Positions 51,001-62,675 of a stretch of DNA of 64,000 bases are shown here, in pieces. Position 1 is the stretch's first letter. Each line of letters starts with the position of its first letter. Both the position numbers and the translations under genes were made by a program. The notes under the pieces are model-generated. The model made no database searches, had not been told where the DNA came from, and was given only the letters and a program-made list of their open reading frames with translations. Origin of the DNA: Anthoceros angustus (Eukaryota; Plantae; Anthocerotophyta); the NCBI GenBank assembly GCA_010909165.1, contig MU008187.1, positions 376,247 to 440,246 of the forward strand, given 5' to 3'.

Positions 51001-54000
51001 GCGACATGCTCCAGATACGACTTGCAGCAGTTGACAAGGAGATAGAGTCAAGAGTCGAAGACCTACAGAATGCAAGAACGTCACTGGAGGGGAGGCTAAA
51101 AGAGATTGGAATAGATCTCAACTTTGATGATCTCTTGGAGGGTGATCATGATGAAGATGCTGAGCATCCCAGTGTGAGCAGTTTGGAGCTACGGTTGAAA
51201 GGGTTGAAAACTGAGAACGCAAAGTCTTTGAGCATTATATCCAGGTTAGAGAAGCAGATGGTCACCTTGTCTCAGGAGAGGCGGAACTGACTTCTCAGCT
51301 TTCAGATTGTCGACTTGAACTGCATAGCTGTAAGGAAGAAAATGAAGAGCTCAGCCTCGAATTGCATTGACAATGAATGTGGAGTCCAGGGATGAAGCAC
51401 TTGAAAGACAGCTACAAGAAGCTCAAGAAGAGGGCAGGCTGAGCAAATTCCAGGCTCAGCAACTTCACAGTCAGCTTTCTGATAAAGTTGCCAGAATTGA
51501 GGAAATAGGATCAAGGGTTGCAGAGCTTGAAACTATGAGAAACACATTAGAAAAGCAGCTTGTGCAGTCACATGATGAAAGAAGGCAGAGCGTATCTCAT
51601 AGCGACATGTTGCAGATACGACTTGCAGCATTTGACAAGGAGATAGAGTCAAGAGTTGAAGACCTACAGAATGCAAGAGCTTCACTGGAGGGGAGGCTAA
51701 AAGAATTTGGAATAGATCTCAACTTTGATGATCTCTTGGAGGGTGATCATGATGAAGGTGCTGAGCATCCCAGTGTGAGCAGCTTGGAACTTCGATTGAA
51801 AGCGTTGAAAACTGAGAACGCAAAGTCTTTGAGCATTATATCCAGGTTAGAGAAGCAGATGGTCACCGTGTCTCAAGAGAAGGGGAACTGACTTCTCAGC
51901 TTTCAGATTGTCGACTTGAACTGCATAGCTGTAAGGAAGAAAATGAAGAGCTTCGTCATCAGCCTCGAATTGCATTGACAATGAATGTGGAGTCCAGGGA
52001 TGAAGCACTTGAAAGACAGCTACAAGAAGCTCAAGAAGAGGGCAGGCTGAGCAAGTTCCAGGCTCAGCAACTTCACAGCCAACTCTCTGACAAAGTTGCC
52101 AGAATTGAGGAAATAGGATCAAGGGTTACAGAGCTTGAAAATATGAGAAACAAATTAGAAGACCAGCTTGCAGTCACATGATGAAAGAAGGCAGAGCGTA
52201 TCTCATAGCGACATGCTCCAGATACGACTTGCAGCAGTTGACAAGGAGATAGAGTCAAGAGTCAAGACCTACAGAATGCAAGAACGTCACTGGAGGGAGG
52301 CTAAAAGAGATTGGAATAGATCTCAACTTTGATGATCTCTTGGAGGGTGATCATGATGAAGATGCTGAGCATCCCAGTGTGAGCAGCTTGGAGCTACGGT
52401 TGAAAAGGGTTGAAAACTGAGAACGCAAAGTCTTTGAGCATTATATCCAGGTTAGAGAAGCAGATGGTCACCTTGTCTCAGGAGAGGCGGGAACTGACTT
52501 CTCAGCTTTCAGATTGTCGACTTGAACTGCATAGCTGTAAGGAAGAAAATGAAGAGCTTCGTCATCAGCCTCGGGTTGCATTGACAATGAATGTGGAGTC
52601 CAGGGATGAAGCACTTGAAAGACAGCTACAAGAAGCTCAAGAAGAGGGCAGGCTGAGCAAATTCCAGGCTCAGCAACTTCACAGCCAACTCTCTGACAAA
52701 ATTGCCAGAATTGAGGAAATAGGATCAAGGGTTACAGAGCTTGAAAATATGAGAAACACATTAGAAAAGCAGCTTGTGCAGTCACATGATGAAAGAAGGC
52801 AGAGCGTATCTCATAGCGACATGTTGCAGATACGACTTGCAGCAGTTGACAAGGAGATAGAGTCAAGAGTCAAGACCTACAGAATGCAAGAACGTCACTG
52901 GAGGGAGGCTAAAAGAGATTGGAATAGATCTCAACTTTGATGATCTCTTGAGGGTGATCATGATGAAGATGCTGAGCATCCCAGTGTGAGCAGTTTGGAG
53001 CTACGGTTGAAAAGGGTTGAAAACTGAGAACGCAAAGTCTTTGAGCATTATATCCAGGTTAGAGAAGCAGATGGTCACCTTGTCTCAGGAGAGGCGGGAA
53101 CTGACTTCTCAGCTTTCAGATTGTCGACTTGAACTGCATAGCTGTAAGGAAGAAAATGAAGAGCTTGGCCATCAGCCTCGAATTGCATTGACAATGAATG
53201 TGGAGTCCAGGGATGAAGCACTTGAAAGACAGCTACAAGAAGCTCAAGAAGAGGGCAGGCTGAGCAAATTCCAGGCTCAGCAACTTCACAGTCAGCTTTC
53301 TGATAAAGTTGCCAGAATTGAGGAAATAGGATCAAGGGTTGCAGAGCTTGAAACCACAAGAAATAAGCTGGAGAACCAGCTCTTCCAGTCACATGAGGAG
53401 AAGAGACAAAGTGTATCTCATAGCGACATGTTGCAGATACGACTTGCAGCATTTGACAAGGAGATAGAGTCAAGAGTTGAGGATTTGCAGAAAGCAAGAG
53501 CTTCACTGGAGGGGAGGCTAAAAGAATTTGGAATAGATCTCAACTTTGATGATCTCTTGGAGGGTGATCATGATGAAGGTGCTGAGCATCCCAGTGTGAG
53601 CAGCTTGGAACTTCGATTGAAAGCGTTGAAAACTGAGAACGCAAAGTCTTTGAGCATTATATCCAGGTTAGAGAAGCAGATGGTCACCGTGTCTCAAGAG
53701 AAGGGGGAACTGGCCTCTCAGCTTTCACATTGTCGACTTGAACTGCAAAATTGCAAGAACGAAATGGAGGAGCTTCGTCATCAGCCACGAGTTTCATTGA
53801 TAATGAATGTAGAGTCCAGGGATGAAGCGCTTGAAAGACAGCTACAAGAAGCCCAAGAAGAAGGTAGACTGAGCAAATCTCAGGCTCAGCAGCTCCATGT
53901 TCAGCTCAGTTCCCAAATTTCCAGAATTCAAGAAATGGAGTCCAAAGTTAATGAGCTTGAAACCACAAGAAATAAGCTGGAGAACCAGCTCTTCCAGTCA

Positions 54001-57000
54001 CATGAGGAGAAGAGACAAAGTGTATCTCATCTTGATGTCGTACAGTTGAGGATAGCAGCATTTGATAATGAGATTGAAAGTAAAGTTGCGGAACTGCGGA
54101 CAGCAAGAGCTACCTTGGAGACTAGGTTACGTGAGCTCCACATTGACCTGGACCTGGTGGATACAGATAGCCATGCGCTAAGCGACGCATCTGACGATGA
54201 TACTGAGAGAAACGGCTCTTTAGAGTTGAGGTTGAAGGCATTTGAGAAGGAGAAGAAACGGTTTTTAGATGTCATCTCCAGGCTGGAGAAGCAATTAGTG
54301 TCTTTGGCAGGGGAGAAGAGGGAGCTATCCAAAGATCTCTTTCAGGCTCGGCATGAGTTGGGTGCGTACAAAAAGCAGGTAGAGGAGCTAGGCGATCAGC
54401 CACGCCATCACGTTTCTTTGGTTATGAACGTGCACCCTAACGATGAGCTGATAGAAAGGCAGCTGTTGGAAGCTCAAGAGGAGGGTCGCGTTAGCAAGTC
54501 CCAGATTCACGAACTGCGTGACGAACTTATAGCACAGGTAGAAAAAGTTGAACGAATGGAGTCAAAGATACGTGAAGTTGAGAAAATGAGGGGTGAACTA
54601 GAGGCTCAGCTTCAGCAGTCCCATGAAGAGAGGAGACGAAGCACGTCACATCTAGATACATTACGGATGCAGCTAGCGGCCTTTGACTCAGAGATAGACA
54701 GTAGAGTTGAGGATTTGCAGAAAGCAAGAGCTGGTCTGGAGAGCAAAATGCAGGGTTTTCAGGAAGAACTCGATTCAGCCTATCAAGCAGATCCCATTTT
54801 GCTGCCTTCTGAAACTGCTGAACATTCTGGGGAAGGGGAAGCAATTGAGGTTACTCACGCAGTAGATGCAGAATCAGGAAGGTCAGACTATCCACTGCAG
54901 AATCGGCTGGGGGCTTTTGAAAAGGAACATGCACGATTCCTTCAAATCCATGAGAAACTTGAGGGGCAGCTCTTATCGTTGGCAGCTGAGAGGGACAAGT
55001 ACAAAGCTGACAGCATACGAGTGAAACAGGAGCTAGATGACCTGAAGAGACAAGTCGAGATTCATCTTAGTGCGAAAATGAGAGTTGAGACAACTGCTCT
55101 AGCACTGGGTCAAAGCAACGCTGACCTAGAGAGCCAGCTGAAGGAATTCGAGGATGGCAATGCAGCTGAGCTGTTTCAGGCTCAACTTGATATTTCGAGA
55201 CTGGCAATCGAACAGCTTATGGAGACTGAAAGAAAGGCTCTAGAAACTTCTCTGCAAAGGCTCAACTTGATATTTCGAGACTGGCAATCGAACAGCTTAT
55301 GGAGACTGAAAGAAAGGCTCTAGAAACTTCTCTGCAAAGGCTCAACTTGATATTTCGAGACTGGCAATCGAACAGCTTATGGAGACTGAATTTTTGGTGA
55401 TGCAGAGGAAACCGGTGCAGGAAGACGGCGATTGGAGACATGGCGTGCAAATCACAGTAGAAGTTATGGAGACTGAAAGAAAGGCTCTAGAAACTTCTCT
55501 GCAAAGGCTCAACTTGATATTTCGAGACTGGCAATCGAACAGCTTATGGAGACTGAAAGAAAGGCTCTAGAAACTTCTCTGCAAAGGCTCAACTTGATAT
55601 TTCGAGACTGGCAATCGAACAGCTTATGGAGACTGAATTTTTGGTGATGCAGAGGAAACCGGTGCAGGAAGACGGCGATTGGAGACATGGCGTGCAAAAT
55701 TCACACTTGGGGAGCCTGAGGGGTGAGGTTAGTGAGAAGGAGCGAAGAGCTCGTCAAGCAATCGAACAAGTGTCAGAGCTGCGGTCAGAAGAACTGGTCT
55801 GGAAGGACAAGATGAGACAGATGCAGGAACTGGTGAGGCTAGCTGCTGTGGAGGCATCTGCGATAAAAGCAGAGTTTGATGCTAGGGTGCAGCAGCTGGT
55901 TGACCAATGTCGTGCCTCAAAGGAACAGGAGAAGGTTCTAGAATCCAGGTTGGAGGAAGCCTTGAGTGAACTGGAGCAGTTGAAAGGATCAGAGAGGGGA
56001 GAAGGTCATGGAGAAGGATCACATCAAGTGCGAGCACGAGAGGGCAATGCAGCTGAGCTGTTTCAGGCTCAACTTGATATTTCGAGACTGGCAATCGAAC
56101 AGCTTATGGAGACTGAAAGAAAGGCTCTAGAAACTTCTCTGCAAAGGCTCAAAGCAGAGAATGATGTTGTAGTAAAATCAGGACAAGATCTAGATGTGTA
56201 TCAGCCTGCAGAATCGTCCTCGCATGGCCATTACATCGGTCTTGAGTCCCATCCACCGACCACAAGGTTCGATGAGGATGGATTTTTTTCTGACGGTGAT
56301 GCCATGACGAGCCACAATGGGAGGAAGCTGAAGGGAAAATCACCAAAGACGTTTCAGTCAACTCAGCCAGATAGAAGGGTTGTTCCTGCTGTGGGGAGGT
56401 CCCATGCGACCACCTCAAAGGTGCCTTCATCTCGACATGTCCAGGTAGGGCACACATTCGGCTTTACCGCAAGTGTGCAGGCCCACTTCTGCGACACAGT
56501 CTCCTTTACAACTGTGGCTCAAACCTTTCTACAGGTATGGAGGGGTCCTGACTTCTATCCTCAGGCTGCCCGGCAGGAGGTGCTCGTTCGTCCAATGCAG
56601 CAACATCGAGAGGTATAGTGTGCCGCGCAGCAAGGCTCAACATATATGCCTGTCATCTCGTATAAATCTCACTCTGTGGAATGATCCATGTTTGGCAGCA
56701 GTGTCTCTACTATCTTGATGAGCTCCAGTACCTGTGGTTGAAGTTCAGAAGCTTGGCTGAACCATAACTTTGAGCGTTCAGTGATCAGCAACTCACTGTG
56801 ATAAAGGCATGGGCTCATGTGACATGGGCCTCATGGCCAGTTCGTAATTGACGGGGAGAGCGCTGGAACTCGCATTTCAGCTACATCAAACAGCTGGAGG
56901 AGAGGGTAGTAGTTGTGAGGTTTCAGCAGTGCTTGTGCTCCTGAAAAAACACTTAACCTGAGCTCAACTCTTGTTCAGGTCCAGGAAGCAGTCCGGAGGC

Positions 57001-57100
57001 TGTTGTCTGCTGGGAGGACACAGAGCAGTCAAGCTCGAGCCACGGGCATGGTATTAAACTATAACCCGAGGAATTGTGAATCGGAAATCTGGTGGAGCCG
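41925..57100 (+). CDS. Giant NT-C2 (EEIG1/EHBP1-type C2) + coiled-coil protein; 3' end uncertain (57100-57727)
   Basis: Spliced MFRVQ-EEPKRRKKEKIDFKFRFRVTQ-VPSGWEKLVISMVSSATGK..CLWPDSV..YKFIVSK-GSTRAHILGEATLDV..GTTLH-VVVQCITPRPGFR; then a ~13 kb exon (43188-56444) of E/L/Q/R-rich coiled coil. Confidence 0.87.
47550..54050 (+). repeat. ~609 bp (203 aa) coding tandem array, 10-11 near-identical units; diverged units extend ~45800-55000
   Basis: GDHDE marker at ~48105, 48714, 49316, 49921, 50530, 51139, 51740, 52344, 52951, 53561; ESRD(E/D)ALERQLQEAQEEGRLSK recurs 11 times. Confidence 0.96.
55155..56150 (+). repeat. Tangled short duplications (80 bp unit plus copies of 57100-57190)
   Basis: ctcaacttgatatttcgagactggcaatcgaacagcttatggagactgaa occurs six times; gagactgaattttt..ggagacatggcgtgcaaa matches 57100-57170. 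Confidence 0.85.
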
Positions 57101-57682
57101 AGACTGAATTTTTTTGGTGATGCAGAGGAAACCGGTGCAGGAAGACGGCGATTGGAGACATGGCGTGCAAATCACAGTAGAAGTTATGGAGAAAATCAGT
57201 CAAACAAACGAGTGTCTGGCTCGCTCCAAGGCACTGTTCCTTGGGTATTATTCCACCACATTTTAAGAATTGCTCTTTGCAAAAATTCCAAGAGTTCATC
57301 TCAATGGCAGAGAACCACTTGGCAAAAACGACGGCAGGAACAAGTACTAAAAACACCAGCATCAAGGCGCTTCCAAGCCAACGTTTTATTCGCTTTTGAG
57401 CACATCGATGCATGCATGAACCGACGACCACTCCAGAGTTGTCAAAATACGGTCCAACCTTCCTGCCGAACAGAGCCGAACAGTCCCGAACATTGCCTCT
57501 CATACACCCAGCAGTTTCACACAGTTGATGTGGAAGACGGAGAGAACCAGTTAAGACTCGCCTTTTCCCCCAACGCCATGAAGTTCCCAGCTGCATTAAA
57601 AGAGATGTTCGGGCATCAGATCAAACCTCGTCCCAACGGCAACCCCGAAAGGAAAGGGGCAGCTGATGCACTTACAGTTGCC

Positions 57683-58650
57683 TCAGTGTTTAGCTGCATT
57701 CTCAGGCTTCTTGCCACCGCCTCCTGAAAATGCCTTCTTACCGCCGTAGATGAGGCACCCCCAGCCTGCCAAACATATTAGCACAAACTGCACCCCACGC
57801 CTTTGTCAGAAAGCTCCACCGCAGCTCAACAGATATGCGAGAAACCTTGAGTTGCAGAAAGCACAAAAAAAAGGGAGGCACAACAACCACGCACATGTTC
57901 CTCCTTCCATTTAAGAGGGTGCATAGGATCCTTCCAGAAGTCGACTTTGGGAGGCTCATCATGATGACCTGTACGTGCAGAAGTCTAGTTAAGCACCACA
58001 TCATGGACGCAAAACATCCTATCTCAGTGAGGTCGAGATATAGCGGATCATTTGCACATCTACGAGTCTGTTTGGGAGCTCGTGGACTGACATCCATCTG
58101 CCAGGAAAACGCCCCGTGACACATGACCAGCATTGCAAAGCAGGCACATTGACAGCCTGCTCTCACCCTAACCTCGCTGGAATCCAAAAAAACCCCTTCC
58201 TGCATCCGCATACCATTCCTGCTTTCTCGAGTCTACCGGATGCATTTAGCTGGCCGAATTCAGCACATTCCGGTGACCAATCCCTGACAGCAGAGAAGAG
58301 AAGGTGCGATGCAAAGAGCCGCATTCATCCGGAATTGGCAGCCTCATGACATGCGGATGTGCAGAATCGGAGCTACCTGACCAAGCGTTCCCTGGACAAC
58401 CAGATCCTGCACCACAAGCAGTGGCTGTGCAGCCATTCGGCTTCCAAACAGCCGAGACAAGCAGGAAACGAAGCTTCGGGACCGAGTGGAGGAGCAGGAT
58501 CGAGATAGCTGACTCACCAGTCGCCATGCCGCGGGAGGTGCAGCGGGAGGCAGACAGTCCAGCAGCCCTGGCAGAAGAAGAAGACGCAGCGGCCGAGGAA
58601 GGGAACAGTCGGCGCGCAGCGCGCCCTGCCATCGCCATCGCCATCGCCAT
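57683..58650 (-). CDS. Small mitochondrion-targeted single-pass membrane protein (conserved plant family; possibly a respiratory-complex accessory subunit), 3 exons
   Basis: Presequence MAMAMAMAGRAARRLF..RGMAT splices in phase to GHHDEPPKVDFWKDPMHPLKWKEEH-FVLICLAGWGCLIYGGKKAFSGG. Confidence 0.8.
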
Positions 58651-58886
58651 GCCTGCAGCAGCAGCAGCGGCGATGCGACGATGCGATGCGATACCAACCA
58701 AGAGCAGAGGAGCCGCAGATGGAGCAGGCGCAAGAGCGTTACTTTACTTACGAGGTAGACATGAGCTAGGGCGCTTTGTCCACTATTGCCGTCAGCTTTT
58801 CTCTACAAAAGCGAGCTCCTAAGCTAAGGCCAAGGTGGCGGGGTGGTGACTTGGCTTGAAGAGAAGAGGAGGGGAAGGCGCCCACC

Positions 58887-60009
58887 ATGTTCTTCGAGGT
58901 GGCGCTGAAGCAGATGGTGCTGCTGAAGCCGCACGAGCTGGGAGAGGGCGTCTTCTTCCAGAAAAACCTCATTTGCCGGCTGCTGGAGAACGTGAGCAAG
59001 GTTCCATGCACGGAGGAGCACGGCTACATTGTGACTGTGCGGAACATCAAGAGCATCACCGACGGCATCATCCGAGCCGACACCGGCTCCGTGGTGTTCT
59101 GGGTGGAGTTCAATGCTATCGTGCTCAACCTGCACGAAGGGGAGGTGCTGGAGGCGGAGGTGGACATTGTCAGTAACAAGGGCTGCAATTGCGTTGCAGG
59201 CCCCATCGGCGTCTTCCTCCCTGTAGGGAACATGCCGGACTTCGAATACAAGCCCGGCGTCGACACTGCCTACAATGCATTCAAGGGCAGAGGTACATCC
59301 TCCAGAGCTTCTGCACAGTCTTGTGTCTCACTTCTCCACGCTGCTTCCTCGCCTTGCTTTGATGACATCTTGACGTCAAGGCCGTCCCCAAATTGCAGAC
59401 GGCGCGGAGATAACCAAAGGCAGCATCATCCGTGTGCTGATCTTTGCCAAGGCCTGGAAGCATGAAGAACGAACTCACAAGTATGCAGGTACCCTGGCCA
59501 GGAATTTCCTCGGCTTGGTACCCGACTTCGTTGCCGAAAACCTTCAGTCGAGGGAAGGCGACGAAGCTCCAGCTGCTGATGCCCCTGCTGCTGAGGATGT
59601 CGATGTCCCAATGCCTGATGCAACTTGTCCTCAGAATGACACTCTCGCTGAAGCCGGAAGCAAAGGCTGCCCTGCCGCGCCGCCGCATGCCGGCGAAGAA
59701 GCGCCACTCAAGGATGGAGCTGATTCGGAAGACAAGGATGAAGCTGATTCGAAAGACGAGGAGGAAGCTGATTCGAAAGACGAGGAGGAAGCTAATTCGG
59801 ATGACCAACCTTCAGACAGCAGCCCGGCAGCCTCTCCTTCCCCCACACCTGCCACGGAGAATTCCAGAACCGGCAGAGGCAGCGCTACCCGGTCCAAGGC
59901 CACACGAGTTGTGAGCAGCGACGAGGAAGACAACGTAGTGCCGAAGAAGAAGCAGCAGCAGCAGCCAGGGCGGCATACTGTAGTGGATTTGAGTGACGAC
60001 AGTGAATAG
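58887..60009 (+). CDS. NRPD7/NRPE7: RNA polymerase subunit 7, NRPD7/NRPE7-like, with acidic C-terminal extension; intron 59293-59398
   Basis: MFFEVALKQMVLLKPHEL..CTEEHGYIVTV..GIIRADTGSVVFWVEF..GEVLEAEV..AGPIGVFL..MPDFEYKPG..IRVLIFAKAW..NFLG (Rpb7 fold with Pol IV/V-like residues). Confidence 0.8.
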
Positions 60010-60070
60010 CAGACGGCTTGGAATACGGCTTTACATGTAGCACTTTTGTAGTGGTATACATCTGTAGTCC

Positions 60071-61527
60071 TTACTGTATGGTAAGGAAATCGGACATAGC
60101 TCGGATCATAGAAGGAAGCCATTGCATTTCTGTGGACAACCACCTGCAAAAATGGCACGGAAGTAAGAGACTTAGAAAACAAGCTGGAGAGCAAGGCAGA
60201 GGAAGGGGGAAGACGGGGTGGGGAAAGGATAGCCTAATTACCGAATATCGTTATATCTTGGTTCCTGCGTCTGCACGAACTCCTCCTCTGCTCGGCTTCT
60301 TTGGCCCTCAGTCCAAAGCACCGCAGCCAGTGCTGCATGAGCTTCTCCGTAGTTAGGGTACTTGCGAACAAGGCCTTGAAACAGCTTTTTTGACTCCTCG
60401 CGACGATCGAGCTGAAAGGCAAAAGAAAAGGGTAAGTGTGAGAACGTGCGGCAGGAGTCGAGGACTGGCAGCAACGAAGGGAGCGGAAAGCTCACCTCAA
60501 ACAGAACCATTGCTTGCTTCAGCCGGTACCCGGCAATGCCAGGGGCCAGGGCTGACGCCTTGGCGTAAGAAGTCAGGGCTGAGTCGTAATCCTTCACGCG
60601 GACTTGCACATTACCAAGATTGAACCAGGCGGCATACTCCTGCATCACATGGGAGAGTATGTTTCTCACATGGAAGCGCTGTGTGAGGTGATCGATTCTG
60701 TAGAAAAGCCCTGGCAGAAGGCGGGGATAGGGAAGCTCCTAGGAGCATTACCTTAGGATCGCTAGCAATGGCCAATTTGCAATCGGAGATGGCGTCCTGG
60801 TAGCGTCCGAGTGCCTAGCAGGCCACCAGATCAGCCGATGAAATTAGCAGAGTTACGACAAGTCGAGAACCTGCAGGACACTGATGCAACGTGAGAAGAG
60901 AAGGCAGCAGGAAGACAAGACAGCAAGCCGAAGGACAAAAGGTAAGCAGAAGGTAGCGACCTCGTACGCGATGGCTCGGTTCAGCAACGGCACTGGAGCT
61001 TGCGGAGCCAAGCGCACTGCGGTGGAGAAGTCGTTGGCAGCTTCTTGGTACCTCTGCAAAGAGAGCCTGACGCTTCCGCGGTTGGACCACAGGCTGGCAC
61101 TCTCCGGCTCCTGTTCCAGCAGCCTGGTGAAGAGCTGGTCGGCGTAGGCGAAGTCTCCCGCCACAGCCGCTCTCAGCGCCTCCTGCAGCCCCTGGCTCTC
61201 CACATCCCTGAGCCTCACCGTGCTTGCTCCTCCTGATCCTGATGCTGCCTGCGGCATCCCAGCAGCAGCCAGCACCGTTGCAAGCCCTAGCAGCGCCTCC
61301 CGCCTCAGCCGCTGCTGGAGCCGCACTCTTCCATCTCCGCTCACTGGCTGGCAAGGAGCAGATGCAAAACTGCAGATGTAGGCCACAATCCTCGCCGAGC
61401 TGGAGCTGGAGCTGGAGCAAGATCTGAAACTGGAGATGGAGCAGGATCTGGAACTGGAGCTGGAGCGGGACTTGGCACTAGAGCTGGAGCAGGAGCAGAA
61501 CACCGCTGGAGCAGGGAGCGTGGACAT
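60071..61527 (-). CDS. Chloroplast TPR-repeat protein (cyanobacterial-type), multi-exon
   Basis: Ser-rich transit peptide + RREALLGLA..AAS lumenal-type signal; TPRs WSNRGSVR, LLNRAIAYE, WFNLGNV, YPNYGEAHAALAAVLW; C-terminus RYNDIRWL..WLPSMIRAMSDFL. Confidence 0.87.
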
Positions 61528-62675
61528 AGCGGCTACCAGCAGCGGCAGCGAGCAGGCTCGAGGAGAGATCTGCCGGGCTGGACATCATCAACATTCATGG
61601 CGTCGCATTGGTGAGAGGCAGGTCCAACCTCAGCAGCGAGCGGGCTGGGATATTTCGTGCAATGTTTGATGGAGCTTGGCTGGGCCAGTGGCGTGGCTGC
61701 GCTTGCTGCGACGTCCGGCTCTTCCGCCGACAGTCGACTTGCGTGTTTCTGTACAGATTTGGTAGCAAGCATGTTCCAACCAAATACATACCAATAGGCA
61801 GAGAGAGTACAGAGGTCATCAGGGTGGCCGGTGGTGGCGGACGCCAATGTCAGAGACGACAAGCAGGGCCAGGAGTCGACTTTCACTCAGGCTGGAGGTC
61901 ACCCAGTTTTTTATTATCACATCCGGTATGTCTTGCAATGCAACCCACTTTTGTCCCGGCTGACGTGTATGTACAAAAGGCCATTACAGGGCGCCGGTGA
62001 ATCCGTATCCCATCACAGATCTGGCGCAATTCAATTCAATTCAATCCGGCGCAAATTCCACCTTTGCAAATTGGGTGCAAAAAGTGCGTGAAGGATCCCG
62101 TAGGCGAAGGCGGTACACAAACAGCCGTAGGTGGTGAGGTGGATCGGGTACAGTGTACGTATTTGTGTGTATCGTTTTGAGGAAAAGTTTCGTAGCCCTC
62201 GAGTTTCTCCTTCGTCTTGCGGCTTACAGCTTGCCTGCTGCAGCTGCTGCTACAGCGCGCGTGCGGGCTGCCTTCGCTGCTGCTGCTGCTCCCGGGGCAT
62301 CGCGCGCCCGCGTCGGCCGAACCCCTGCCTGCACTGATCGCCCGCCGCGCCGCCGGCTTCCTGGATCCTTCTGCTGTTTGCTCGGCCATAGCTGCAGCAT
62401 CCTGCACGGCGGAGCTCGGCTGGGACGGGCGCGGGGCTCGCGCATTGGATTCGCGGCTGCTGGAGCTCGGAGCTGGCGGAATGCGGGGGAGGATGGGGCG
62501 GTGAGCCATGGGTGGAGGGACGGCGTGGTTGGACTTTGCGGGCGGGAATTGCGTCGTGAGGGTTGAATTCCAGGGCGGAGGGGCTGGAGCCTGAGCGGGA
62601 GGTGGAGGTGGATTGGATTGGACTGCGGGACTGTGGGACTGGGGGGCGGGCGGGCTTAGCTAGTTGGTGAAGCTC

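Noticed and set aside
49200-53020. Frameshifts in the 609 bp array as programmed frameshifting or separate genes
   Set aside because: They are scattered small indels, often in homopolymers, as expected from unpolished long reads in repeats.
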